From the NCBI GenBank assembly GCA_036337435.1, contig JAYZEG010000037.1, positions 97,590 through 161,589 on the forward strand: a stretch of DNA of 64,000 nt, written 5' to 3'. The translations under genes and the position numbers were made by a program. The notes below the pieces were generated by a model that ran no database searches, had not been told where the DNA came from, and saw only the letters and a program-made list of their open reading frames with translations. Source of the stretch: Myxococcota bacterium (GTDB lineage: Bacteria > Myxococcota_A > Bradymonadia > UBA7976 > UBA1532). Below, piece by piece: positions 10,273 to 20,272 of the stretch (position 1 is the first letter of the stretch; each line of letters opens with the position of its first letter).

Positions 10273-13200
10273 CTATTCCGCTCGAACAAAATGACGGCCG
10301 TCGTCATGATTGACGGCCTCCAGGTTGCCCATCGTCACTTGGTCATCTAGCCAGGCGTCCGCTTCTTCTTTGGGCCAGCCCGTCAACTCGACCACAATTG
10401 TCGGCGTAAGGGGCTGTCCATGGTCGAGTAAAATACTCGATGCTTGGTCCTTGCTCACGGACTCAACATCGATTGTTACACTCGCCATTTTCCCGTCTTT
10501 TAGGTCATCGGGCCGGGCGTCGCCGTCAAAAAATGATTCGATGTCTTCACGGGTGAGCTGATCGACTGGGAAACGGCCTTGTTCGACGGTCATGTCGAAG
10601 AGCGCGCGTTTGCGGTCTTGCAGGGCAATGACCTTCTCTTCTACGGTGTCCCGCGCGACAAATCGATAGGCGACGACTGGCTTGGTCTGGCCGATTCGAT
10701 GAGCTCGGTCCGTTGCCTGGTCCTCGACAGCAGGATTCCACCATGGATCCAGATGAATGACGTGGTCAGCCCCGGTGAGATTTAAACCTGCTCCACCCGC
10801 TCTTAGGCTAATCAGAAATACGGGTGGTCCCTCCGGGTCATTCCATTTTTTGACGAGTTCATGGCGTTTGGTTGTCCGCCCATCCAGGTACAGGTAAGCC
10901 CAGTTATTTTTCTCTAAGCGGGGTATGACCCGCTGAAGTAATGACGTCCATTGAGAGAAGACAAGCGTGCGATGACCTGCAGGGATGGTCTTATCAAGGG
11001 TGTTGACCAAGAGATCAAGCTTTGCGGATTCTTTGACTTCCTCGGCTTCAGGAAAGGGCAATAGGCCCGGGTCACAGCAGGCTTGGCGAAGGCGCATTAA
11101 CGCTTCGAGTACGGGTAGAGTGGAGCGTCCGACACCCGTTTCGTTGACTTTCTTCAACACGCTCTGGCGGTAGGTGTTTCGGACGCGCTCATACAAGCGT
11201 CGTTGTTCTGGGCCTAACTCGCAGTAGAGAACCTGTTCCTGCCGCGGGGGCAATTCCTGAGCCACTTCACTCTTCAACCGCCGCAAAATGAACGGTCGAA
11301 TTCGTCGTTGCAGCCTAGAGAGGGCGTCTTCATCTCGATTGCGCTCAATGGGAATTGAATAGCGCCGCCTAAACGCTGTCCTTGGCCCAAAAAAACCCGG
11401 CATGAGGCATTCTAGAATACTCCACAGCTCCAAGAGGCGATTTTCCAGTGGCGTACCGGTCAACGCCAATCGAAAATGGGCCGTCAGTCCACGAGCGACT
11501 TTAGCAACATGACTCTCAGGGTTCTTAATGCGTTGGGCCTCATCGAGAACCAGGCACCGCCACGACCGCTTAAACGCATCAGCTGCGTATCTCAAAAGTC
11601 CGTAGGATGTGACGATGAGGTCCGCATCCTCAGGTGGTTCTTTAGGCCGATTCGATCCGTGATAGACAACCACCTTTAAGTCTGGTGTAAAGCGGGCTGC
11701 TTCCTCTTCCCACGCATAGATGACAGATGTGGGTGCGACAACCAATGACTGCCCACCTTTAACGGCTTGATGTTCGTCGAGTAGAAGGGCCAAAGCCTGT
11801 ACCGTCTTACCCAGACCCATGTCATCTGCGAGAACACCACCAAATGAACGGTCTTTTAGCCAGGCGAGCCATCGAAATCCCGCTTGTTGATACTCACGTA
11901 GTTCGGCTTTCAGGCCTTTGGGCTGAGCTCGGTCAGGGACCGATGACGCTTCTTCTAACTCGGCCATGCGCTCTTCCCAAATCGAAACATCTCCATCGGC
12001 TTCGCCAATGAGGTCGGCCAACATGGGGGCAGCATAGTGAGGAATACGGCCTTCGTTGGTTGCTCGAATCGCTTCAAGCTCTTCGTGGACAACACCATGG
12101 CGCTGCAGCCACTCCATAGGCAAATGGACCAGGGTGCCGTCATCTAAACGATGAAACCGCTCTCCCTTGCGCCAGCTCTTCAGCACATCAAGACTATCGA
12201 TGACCTGACCGTCATGGGAGAACTCAACCTTCAAATCTAACCAATCCGTGTCCGATGGAACGCTGACCTTTGTTGCTAACCGGCCACTGACCTTAAACCG
12301 AAGCAGGTCTCGGTCAGCATCCACATTCCACCCTTCAGGTAGCCTCGGCAGTCCATCCAAAAGAATTCTATACGCCGCGTCCCCTTCAATCCGAGCAGGG
12401 AGAGCAACACCCAAGGTTGCTCGCGCTTCGGCTCGTAGATTCGCTTCCCGGTGTGGGTCCCGTCGAAAAATACCTCGTTTGGCTCTATGCTGGCTATTTA
12501 ATGTGGCTGCAGCAACCTCGTATTCCTCGCCATCAAGGCGATAAACGTAGGCGAGATCTAGACACAGGAATGACTCATCTTCATACAAACGAATTCGACC
12601 CGTGATGCGGTCTGCATCGCGCACCTCTGGCAGTCTCGGACCGTCCATCACACACGGTAATGCACTGGCAAGAACGACACGGTCGACGAAGAGTTCCACG
12701 TCATCCACGGATAATCGAGGTAGCCCTTCGATCAATCGATTGGATACTTCGAGCAGTCGTGAATCAGCCAATGGACGAATCGTGCCATCGGCACAGACTG
12801 CGAATCCATTACCGAATGGATACAGCTTGATGATCAGAGGATCCCAAGAAAGTGCGATCTCATCTCCCTCTTCGATAGCCGTCAGTGTCGGCAGAAATGG
12901 GGTGCGAATGGGCCTGAGGCGTGCCTCACCATACCAGAGGTCGTCAACATCTAAGAGGTGGTCAAAAACTCGAGCGATGACGCGCTGCCGGAAATCTGCA
13001 ACCTTCGGTCCTGCTGATTGAACCGTCGACCGATTCCATTGTCGCAGGAGTGATACCAAGTCGTGAATGGCCGAATCTTCGTTATTGATGCAGGCTCTAT
13101 CGAGCCGAATTTCGGCCCCATCATCAGTCATCAATCTGGGTCGCATCGCGCGGCCATCGCTTCGCGACCAGCGAATCAACTCTCGTTCCAATGGCAACGC

Positions 13201-13653
13201 ATCGGGCCGATTGGTCGGCGCATCGGTTAACCGATAGCGAATTCGACCCAATGGAAACATCTCTTGTTGAGACTGTCGGCCCGCGACAACGTCGTGGAGC
13301 TCAAGCTCCCACTCAGGTAGGTCAAACATGGGCTTGTATTGCGGCATGTTCCAACAGTGGACCAGAATGGCGACGGCCACTTCAGCACACTGTCCACCAT
13401 GTCGTGCATTTCGGTCGCTGGACCAAACGCCTTTCAATGGGAAGCCTTCATCGTCTCCTTGGTAACTCACCATGGACTCGTCGCCGACCCACCAATCGCG
13501 GTTGGATTTGCGACTGAGGGGTACAACGGGAGGCAGTGGCCAGGGCAATAAGCCCGGCTCGCAAGCCCAGTCTAAGCCCAGACGTCGTAAGACGGCTAAA
13601 GCTCTGTCTTTTGTCACTATCGTGCGGTCAGGTTGACGCAACAAACCTGTCAT
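10273..13653 (-). CDS. SNF2/SWI2 family helicase-like ATPase
   Basis: LREYQ, LADDMGLGKT, LDEAQ, LTGTPLEN, FILRRLK, LVFSQW, GLNLTGAD, WWNPAVE.QATDRAHRIGQ. Confidence 0.93.
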   Translation of the reverse strand: MTGLLRQPDRTIVTKDRALAVLRRLGLDWACEPGLLPWPLPPVVPLSRKSNRDWWVGDESMVSYQGDDEGFPLKGVWSSDRNARHGGQCAEVAVAILVHCWNMPQYKPMFDLPEWELELHDVVAGRQSQQEMFPLGRIRYRLTDAPTNRPDALPLERELIRWSRSDGRAMRPRLMTDDGAEIRLDRACINNEDSAIHDLVSLLRQWNRSTVQSAGPKVADFRQRVIARVFDHLLDVDDLWYGEARLRPIRTPFLPTLTAIEEGDEIALSWDPLIIKLYPFGNGFAVCADGTIRPLADSRLLEVSNRLIEGLPRLSVDDVELFVDRVVLASALPCVMDGPRLPEVRDADRITGRIRLYEDESFLCLDLAYVYRLDGEEYEVAAATLNSQHRAKRGIFRRDPHREANLRAEARATLGVALPARIEGDAAYRILLDGLPRLPEGWNVDADRDLLRFKVSGRLATKVSVPSDTDWLDLKVEFSHDGQVIDSLDVLKSWRKGERFHRLDDGTLVHLPMEWLQRHGVVHEELEAIRATNEGRIPHYAAPMLADLIGEADGDVSIWEERMAELEEASSVPDRAQPKGLKAELREYQQAGFRWLAWLKDRSFGGVLADDMGLGKTVQALALLLDEHQAVKGGQSLVVAPTSVIYAWEEEAARFTPDLKVVVYHGSNRPKEPPEDADLIVTSYGLLRYAADAFKRSWRCLVLDEAQRIKNPESHVAKVARGLTAHFRLALTGTPLENRLLELWSILECLMPGFFGPRTAFRRRYSIPIERNRDEDALSRLQRRIRPFILRRLKSEVAQELPPRQEQVLYCELGPEQRRLYERVRNTYRQSVLKKVNETGVGRSTLPVLEALMRLRQACCDPGLLPFPEAEEVKESAKLDLLVNTLDKTIPAGHRTLVFSQWTSLLQRVIPRLEKNNWAYLYLDGRTTKRHELVKKWNDPEGPPVFLISLRAGGAGLNLTGADHVIHLDPWWNPAVEDQATDRAHRIGQTKPVVAYRFVARDTVEEKVIALQDRKRALFDMTVEQGRFPVDQLTREDIESFFDGDARPDDLKDGKMASVTIDVESVSKDQASSILLDHGQPLTPTIVVELTGWPKEEADAWLDDQVTMGNLEAVNHDDGRHFVRAE

Positions 13654-13692
13654 CGTAAAGAACCTCGGGGTGGCATTTGACTCACCACCATA

Positions 13693-15978
13693 TTAATCAG
13701 TGTCAAAGAGTACTGGCGCGGCCTTAAAAGCACCGCCACTATGGACCAGTATCGTTGTCGGTAAACTCGCCAAAAGGCGATTATAGTCGCGAAAAACTTG
13801 TTTCGCATCATCTTCTTTATTCGGGAGTCGCATTCCTACGATCGCGAGGTCAGCGTCCCGGCTATATTCAGCCATTAAATCATTGATTGGCATCTTATTG
13901 GATAACAAAACGACTGGTTCTGCAGTTAATCGCGCACTCTTGAGGTGTTGTTTCAAACGAGCTTGGCCTTGATTGCGATCATTTTCGGAATTGACCACAG
14001 TAATGACCTTCACCTGAGCATCCCGCCAACGGCGATCAGCTGAGATCAGGTATGCCAAGAGCAACATCATACCACCATTCGCTTGCAGACCTCGCCACCA
14101 AATGTGAATTTCTTTTCGGTGACCGTACTGTTTTTCATGGTCGTAGTTCACCAACATCAAGGTATTTTCCAACAGAACAAGCTCTTTGAGCATACCCAGG
14201 TATTCGTCGGCGCGCTCTTCTTTATGAGACCAACCCAGCATCACTGTGTTGGCTTCAAGGCTGCCAATGCCATAAGACTGGGCGATTGTAACAACCCCCC
14301 GATAGACCTCGGGGACGATATCGACCCGGAAAAACACGTTGGAAAATTCACCCTGAGTGTTTTGTAGGGTTCTCTGTTTTTCTGCCCGTATGGTTGCCAG
14401 GTTAGACACATCACCTTGCAACATTTCAATATACGATGTGATCCCCTGTTCTTGGACGACTGAGGCTCCCAGTTCCAATAAATGGCTACGACGCGATTTA
14501 TCTCCACCGAAAATGAGAAGATTAGGGCGCCAATTCTGATCGTGATAATCGGTTTTGTGCAAATGCTGTAAGGCGGTGCGTACCAAGGCAGCCCATAATC
14601 CATGGCGGGCATCTCCAAAGGTCACGTTTAAAGCACGTCGTTGAACAAACGTATAGATCAATAAGCAGATAGCAGCGGCGGAAAGCATGGCACCAAAGCT
14701 AATGATACTCATCACGTAGAAGCAGGCACCAGCCCCTAACAATGGAACCCATGCAGAGATTCTAAACGTAGGGCGAAAGCTGGGATTAGAGGCCCATATT
14801 TCGAGACCGCAAGCCAGGTTGGTAATGCCGTAGGTTGCGAGAAAAAAGATAGTGAGGACCTGAGCGATGGCGTCCAGGGTTCCAAGCATCATACCGATGA
14901 CAGCGAGTCCGAAACAAAACCACAGTCCCACGACGGGCTCATTGGCAGGTCCTCGGCCCTGCCCAAGAAACTTGGGGGCGACACCGTCGACGGCCAAAGC
15001 CTGCAATGTTCTCGGTGCCGCCAAGATCGACCCAACTGCACTGGACAAGGTGGCCCCCCAAAGACCGAGAAAAACCAAGGGTTTCCACAAAGCCGAGTCA
15101 AACAACACATAGTTTTGGATACCAGGGGCCGGTGATGTATCCTGAGCCAGCAGGGCAGGTGAAAATTTCATGCCCAGAACAATCGCGATGCCCATGTAAA
15201 CAATGTAACCGGCCCCGATAGCCAGAAGTGTTCCTTTGGGAAGAGACCGTCTGGCATCTTTCAAATCTCCAGACATGCTGACACCGGCCATGATTCCCGT
15301 CACCGCAGGAAAAAACACCGCAAAAACCTCACTGAAACTTCGGGCGCCGATCTGTTTTTTGCGTTCATCCGACAAAAACCATTCGATTTCTTCCGGTTGA
15401 GCCTCTGAGCTCGCGAAGACGACAGCGACCAGAGATAGGGCAATGGCTGCCATGACGACGTATTGAACTTTTATCGCAGCCTCAGCACTGCGCATGGCGA
15501 CCAAACACAGAAGAAAGCTCACCACAACGGCCCCGATTCGCGGGTCGATGAGAGTCGCGTAGCTAGATTCGATGGCACTGGCCGGAAGAATTTCAACGAT
15601 CGACTCGCTAAAACCGACCGCGTAGAAAGCCACACTCAACGCTTGTGCGAAGAAGAGCGGAATGCCAACGGCGGCTCCAGCCGGTGCCCCCAGGGAGCGG
15701 CTGATCATATAGTAGGCTCCACCGGCACCCACCGTCCGATTGGTCGCTATGCTTGAGACGGCGAGGCCTGTGGACAGAGAAATGATGTGGGCCAGAGTGA
15801 TGACGAGCAGTGCACCGCCCAATCCAAGATTGCCAACGGTCCAAGGCAACAAGAGATACATGACAACACCAAGAATCGTTAAGATACTCGGCGTAAAGAC
15901 GCCTCCGAATGTACCGAGGCGCCTCGCACCGACTGCTGCTGAAGGTGCGTCTAGCTTGTCATTCCCAACGCTGTCCAT
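13693..15978 (-). CDS. Cation-chloride cotransporter (SLC12/CCC) family permease
   Basis: LGTFGGVFTPSILTILGV, SSIATN..V.AGGAYYMISRSLG, FAVFFPAVTGIMAG.SMSGDL, NWRPNLL, and cytosolic C-terminal domain (QSYGIG.L.ANTV). Start placed at ATG 15978. Confidence 0.9.
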   Translation of the reverse strand: MDSVGNDKLDAPSAAVGARRLGTFGGVFTPSILTILGVVMYLLLPWTVGNLGLGGALLVITLAHIISLSTGLAVSSIATNRTVGAGGAYYMISRSLGAPAGAAVGIPLFFAQALSVAFYAVGFSESIVEILPASAIESSYATLIDPRIGAVVVSFLLCLVAMRSAEAAIKVQYVVMAAIALSLVAVVFASSEAQPEEIEWFLSDERKKQIGARSFSEVFAVFFPAVTGIMAGVSMSGDLKDARRSLPKGTLLAIGAGYIVYMGIAIVLGMKFSPALLAQDTSPAPGIQNYVLFDSALWKPLVFLGLWGATLSSAVGSILAAPRTLQALAVDGVAPKFLGQGRGPANEPVVGLWFCFGLAVIGMMLGTLDAIAQVLTIFFLATYGITNLACGLEIWASNPSFRPTFRISAWVPLLGAGACFYVMSIISFGAMLSAAAICLLIYTFVQRRALNVTFGDARHGLWAALVRTALQHLHKTDYHDQNWRPNLLIFGGDKSRRSHLLELGASVVQEQGITSYIEMLQGDVSNLATIRAEKQRTLQNTQGEFSNVFFRVDIVPEVYRGVVTIAQSYGIGSLEANTVMLGWSHKEERADEYLGMLKELVLLENTLMLVNYDHEKQYGHRKEIHIWWRGLQANGGMMLLLAYLISADRRWRDAQVKVITVVNSENDRNQGQARLKQHLKSARLTAEPVVLLSNKMPINDLMAEYSRDADLAIVGMRLPNKEDDAKQVFRDYNRLLASLPTTILVHSGGAFKAAPVLFDTD

Positions 15979-15998
15979 ATTGTCTGAGCCTACGGGGG

Positions 15999-17306
15999 TT
16001 AAGATGGAATGAGCGCGTTTTCGAGCGCCGTGCGGAGTCGGGGTAAGCACGCGTCTATTTCTGCGACGCTGACAGCACCGACGCTGAACCTGACCCACCC
16101 TTTATTGGTCGTGTCACCAAACGCGCTAAAGGGCACAACCGCGCAACCCGCCTTCTCGAGCAGGTAGGTGAGAACCGCGTCTTCATCGGGAAGCCCCGGT
16201 CGCCCTTCCAGATCGAATCGAACGCTTAAATAAATGGCACCTTGTGGTGGGATAACATCGATTGGTAAACCGTCTTTCTTCCATGCTGAAAACGCCCCAT
16301 AGAGCCGGTCTAATCGATCACGAATTCCAAGTTTAAAGTTCCTGAGATAGTCGGCGATCGCGTCCTTTTCCAGTAGGAAGGCAGCCGTCCCTATCTGCTC
16401 AGGCCTGGGTGCCCATGCCCCCATGTGAGTCATCAAGGCTTTGATCCGTGCAGCGATAAATGGAGGACCACACAACCAGCCTACACGCAACCCCGTTCCA
16501 GCAAATCCCTTTGAAACAGCATCGGTGAACAAGGTGTAGCGTGCCATTTCAGGCGCCACTTGAACCGGTGTGACATGCTGGTTATCGCCGAAAGTCAGCA
16601 TCCGATAAACCTGGTCATAAATGACATAGAGCAAACGCGAACCAGTCTGGAGCCGTCGTTGATTTTCCGCCACGATCAGGTCCGTGATCTCCCGCATACC
16701 GTCGACGGTCATCATGGTTCCAGCCGGATTCATAGGAGAGCAGAGGACCAAAAGTCGAGCGTCTTTAATGTAGGGTCTGAGCGCATCGGCTGTTGGCATA
16801 AAACCATCGGCCGCTTGGGTCGGTACATTGATGTGTCGCGCGCCAACCAGATGACAGAAATTTTTGTTATTCCAACTGGGTGCCGGTGTCAGAACAACTT
16901 CCCCTGGGTTTAGCAAACATCGATAGGCAGCATAGAGAATTGGGCGAGCCCCCGACCCGACAATGAATGCACTCTCAGGGTACTCCAACCCAAGACTGTC
17001 CTTGTAATGTTGCCGAAGCGCAGCACGTAATTCCGGCGTGCCATGGGCCGGCGGATAATTGGTCTGATTGTCCACCAATGCATCCACGATGTGCTGTTGC
17101 ATTCGACCAGGAATCTGAAATTGACTGGGCTTGAAATCTCCGACGGTGAAATTCGCCACGTCTGCACCGGCTTCGATCCGCGCCCGGACCGCATAGGCAA
17201 TGACCAGAATTCTGCTCGATGCCATACCCAAGGCCATATCAGAAAAGCTCGCCTCTTCAACCCCATGAGGCTGAGCTGCATCTTCAAAATATCCATCCAG
17301 ATTCAT
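15999..17306 (-). CDS. Class I/II PLP aminotransferase (aspartate aminotransferase-like)
   Basis: TVGDF, YPPAHG.PELR, CSPMNPAG, YDQVY and SKGFAGTGLRVGW. Confidence 0.9.
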   Translation of the reverse strand: MNLDGYFEDAAQPHGVEEASFSDMALGMASSRILVIAYAVRARIEAGADVANFTVGDFKPSQFQIPGRMQQHIVDALVDNQTNYPPAHGTPELRAALRQHYKDSLGLEYPESAFIVGSGARPILYAAYRCLLNPGEVVLTPAPSWNNKNFCHLVGARHINVPTQAADGFMPTADALRPYIKDARLLVLCSPMNPAGTMMTVDGMREITDLIVAENQRRLQTGSRLLYVIYDQVYRMLTFGDNQHVTPVQVAPEMARYTLFTDAVSKGFAGTGLRVGWLCGPPFIAARIKALMTHMGAWAPRPEQIGTAAFLLEKDAIADYLRNFKLGIRDRLDRLYGAFSAWKKDGLPIDVIPPQGAIYLSVRFDLEGRPGLPDEDAVLTYLLEKAGCAVVPFSAFGDTTNKGWVRFSVGAVSVAEIDACLPRLRTALENALIPS

Positions 17307-17321
17307 CTAGAAAACTCCAAA

Positions 17322-18251
17322 TCAGATGTCGAAAGCACGATGGGCCATATAACTCGAACGCACCATCGGGCCCGCTTCGACATGCAGGAAGCCCATCGCT
17401 TCTCCGACTGCAGCCAACCTATCAAAGGTGTCGGGCGCAACCCACCGCTCGACAGCCAAGTGCCTCGTGGTCGGTGACAAATACTGACCTAAACTCAAAA
17501 TTTCGCAGCCGACGTCCCGAAGGTCATACATGACAGCTTCAACTTCTTCGTCCGTTTCCCCCAACCCCAGCATGAGGCCTGTTTTGCTCACAGACGGACT
17601 GTCTGCAATCTGCTGGATGACATCGAGGCTGCGTTGATAAATTGCGTTCGGTCGCACTCGACGGTAGAGGCGAGGCACCGTTTCTGTATTGTGTGCGACA
17701 ACATCAGGTTTGGCGTCCAAAACAGTTTGTAGGTCGTCCCGGTCACCAAGAAAATCTGGGACCAAGAGCTCTATTCGAGTTTTGGGCGACGTGGCCTGAA
17801 TCGACCGGACGGTTTCGGCAAAATGCCCCGCACCTCCATCGGGCAGTTCATCGCGGTTGACGCTGGTGATCACCGCGTGTTTTACGCCGAGTCGATGAAT
17901 CGCCAATGCTGTGTTCGTAGGCTCGTCTTTATCCAATGCATTGGGTTTGCCCTTAGTGACAGCGCAAAAGCCACAGCGGCGCGTGCAGATCTCTCCCATC
18001 AACATGAACGTCGCCGTGCCAGCTGACCAACACTCATCGATGTTGGGACACCGCGCTTCTTCACATACAGTGACAAGATTTAAGTCGGTTTTGAGGCTCT
18101 CAACGCTAGAAAAGGTCTGATTTCGACGATACTTGACCTTGAGCCAGTCAGGTCTGGGACCTGGCTCGCGCTTTCGCGTCGGTTTCTCGATGTGGAGTCG
18201 AGGTGTGGGCTTCTCGGCTGTGGGATCGTCAATCTGGACGAGTTCGCTCAT
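17322..18251 (-). CDS. lipA: Lipoyl synthase
   Basis: CEEARCPNIDEC auxiliary cluster motif, radical SAM CTRRCGFC, and RSSY. Confidence 0.97.
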   Translation of the reverse strand: MSELVQIDDPTAEKPTPRLHIEKPTRKREPGPRPDWLKVKYRRNQTFSSVESLKTDLNLVTVCEEARCPNIDECWSAGTATFMLMGEICTRRCGFCAVTKGKPNALDKDEPTNTALAIHRLGVKHAVITSVNRDELPDGGAGHFAETVRSIQATSPKTRIELLVPDFLGDRDDLQTVLDAKPDVVAHNTETVPRLYRRVRPNAIYQRSLDVIQQIADSPSVSKTGLMLGLGETDEEVEAVMYDLRDVGCEILSLGQYLSPTTRHLAVERWVAPDTFDRLAAVGEAMGFLHVEAGPMVRSSYMAHRAFDI

Positions 18252-18919
18252 ACCAAGCTCTCCTTTGGACCAGTGATTATACGATCAAATTCCGAGGCAA
18301 ATTGTTTCATGACAACAGTCATTACATCGGAGATGGAAACTTTTTCCCCTAATTCAAGGGCCATGCTGGTCACGCCTTTATCCCGAATTCCGCAAGGAAT
18401 AATCAAATCAAAGAAGGACAAGTCCGTATTCACGTTCAATGCAAACCCATGGTGGGTGACCCACCGGCTAACCCTCGCCCCAATTGCACCGATCTTTCGA
18501 TCAGGATCTGGTAGCCAAACGCCCGGCGTGTCGACACGCCCCTCAGCGTCCAGTCCAAAATGTGCGAGCGTCCCTATCATCACCGCCTCAATGCTCCGCA
18601 CGTAGCGTCGGATATCTTTCCGATCTGGTCTCAGGTCTATAATTGGGTAACCAACGAGCTGGCCCGGACCATGGAATGTCGCATCACCGCCTCGGTCGCT
18701 TTCGACTAAATCAACCCCAAGGGTCTCAAGCAAGACCGGCGAGGCTAAGAGACTCGCCTGCCCAGTATTGCGACCAAGCGTAATTACAGGGTCATGCTCA
18801 AGTAACAATAAGGTGTCTTCAATCAGGCCTTGCTTCCGCTGTTCAGCAAGGTCTTTCTGCAATGCTAGACCCTCTCGGTAGGGCGTACGCTCCAGGCACC
18901 GTACGACAAGATGCCGCAT
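18248..18919 (-). CDS. lipB: Octanoyltransferase
   Basis: LLEHDPVITLGR, RGGDATFHGPGQLVGYP, KIGAIG, HGFALNV and PCG. Confidence 0.96.
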   Translation of the reverse strand: MRHLVVRCLERTPYREGLALQKDLAEQRKQGLIEDTLLLLEHDPVITLGRNTGQASLLASPVLLETLGVDLVESDRGGDATFHGPGQLVGYPIIDLRPDRKDIRRYVRSIEAVMIGTLAHFGLDAEGRVDTPGVWLPDPDRKIGAIGARVSRWVTHHGFALNVNTDLSFFDLIIPCGIRDKGVTSMALELGEKVSISDVMTVVMKQFASEFDRIITGPKESLV

Positions 18920-18925
18920 CGCCGG

Positions 18926-20242
18926 TTACATCGCTGATTCGTCAAAATTCTCAAGCGTGTGCTTGATGTCACTGACGAATTGGTCGGCAACCGCACCATC
19001 GATCACTCGATGGTCAAAGCCAAGAGTCACATAGCCACACGTCTTGATGGCGATGGTGTCGGTCCCATCGGCCAACGTGACCACTTTGGGTCGCTTCTCA
19101 ATGGTTCCAACACCCAGAATTGCAACCGATGGCTGCGGAATGATAGGCGTGCCCCATTGAGAACCAAAAACACCAGGGTTTGTGATGGAAAAGGTCAAAC
19201 CGCTGACTTCGTCTGGTGCCAACTTTTTAGTCCGTGCACGTTCGCCCTTATCGGCAATGTGCTTGGATAAAGCCAGCATGGAGTAATCGTCGGCAGACTT
19301 AATGACTGGCACGATCAGACCCCAATCCAGCGCGACAGCGATGCCCAGGTTAATGTCCCCTCGGTAGATGACGTTCTCCCCATCATGAGCCGCATTAACA
19401 ATGGGATGTCGCCCGAGGGCATTGACCACCGCCTTTGCAAGGAATGTCGTAAACGTCAACCGCCCGCCACGATCGGCGTAAGAGCTCTTGTATTTACGTC
19501 TGAGGCCATCGACCCGCGTATAATCGATTTCGAAGCAGGTATGAACATGGGCGCTGTACGCTTTGGATTCGATCATCCGATCGCTGATCACACGGCGCAT
19601 TTTACTCATGGGTTCGATGCGGTCGTTGCCGTAGAGAGACACCGGACTCATGGGAATTCCGACCTGAATACCAGACCCACTTGACGCAGCAGCCACCGGG
19701 GCCGATGAAACCGCAGCCGGTGCCGCACTGGCGCCACCCGCATCAATAAATGCAAGGATGTCTTTCTTGGTTACTCGTCCGTCTAGACCACTGCCTGATA
19801 TCTGCGCGATATCGATCCCATGCTCCTGGGCGATCTTACGAACGACGGGGGTGCTTTTGGTTCGTCTCAGGTCAGCCGCTGACTGTCCGGCCGCACTCTG
19901 GGCTACTGCCGGGGCCGGACCTGCTGCCGGTTCCACAGCCGCCTCTTGCGGGGCTGGGGCGGCATCCGCACTCGACGCAGCACTGGGCGCCGGCGCGCTC
20001 TCTCCCGCCTCACCAATCACGGCGACAAGCGTGCCAACCTCAACGGTCTCTCCTGCGTCCACCTTGATTTCGAGAAGCACGCCACCTTCGGGTGCGGGAA
20101 TCTCTGCATCGACTTTGTCGGTGGTGATCTCAAAGATTGGTTCGTCGCGGTCGACGCTTTCACCGACGGCCTTCAACCATCGGACAATTGTACCTTCCGC
20201 GACAGATTCGCCCATTTGGGGCATAATTACGTTATGGGCCAT
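18926..20242 (-). CDS. 2-oxoacid dehydrogenase E2 (dihydrolipoamide acyltransferase), one lipoyl domain
   Basis: MPQMGESVAEGTI, lipoyl site TDKV, E3-binding TPVVRKIA...GSG..GRVTKKD, and catalytic DHRVIDGA. Confidence 0.93.
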   Translation of the reverse strand: MAHNVIMPQMGESVAEGTIVRWLKAVGESVDRDEPIFEITTDKVDAEIPAPEGGVLLEIKVDAGETVEVGTLVAVIGEAGESAPAPSAASSADAAPAPQEAAVEPAAGPAPAVAQSAAGQSAADLRRTKSTPVVRKIAQEHGIDIAQISGSGLDGRVTKKDILAFIDAGGASAAPAAVSSAPVAAASSGSGIQVGIPMSPVSLYGNDRIEPMSKMRRVISDRMIESKAYSAHVHTCFEIDYTRVDGLRRKYKSSYADRGGRLTFTTFLAKAVVNALGRHPIVNAAHDGENVIYRGDINLGIAVALDWGLIVPVIKSADDYSMLALSKHIADKGERARTKKLAPDEVSGLTFSITNPGVFGSQWGTPIIPQPSVAILGVGTIEKRPKVVTLADGTDTIAIKTCGYVTLGFDHRVIDGAVADQFVSDIKHTLENFDESAM

Positions 20243-20272
20243 GTCATCCTCACTGGTGACACCGGGAACTGC

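Noticed and set aside
10273..13653. SNF2 ATPase as part of an anti-phage defence system
   Set aside because: No methylase, nuclease or other defence genes are nearby; the context is housekeeping.
15979..16098. Extended starts of the CCC transporter, and likewise of def (26549), mtnB (27226), the ABC exporter (30353) and envC (47843)
   Set aside because: Each overlaps the upstream real gene, and family motifs begin at the downstream starts used above.
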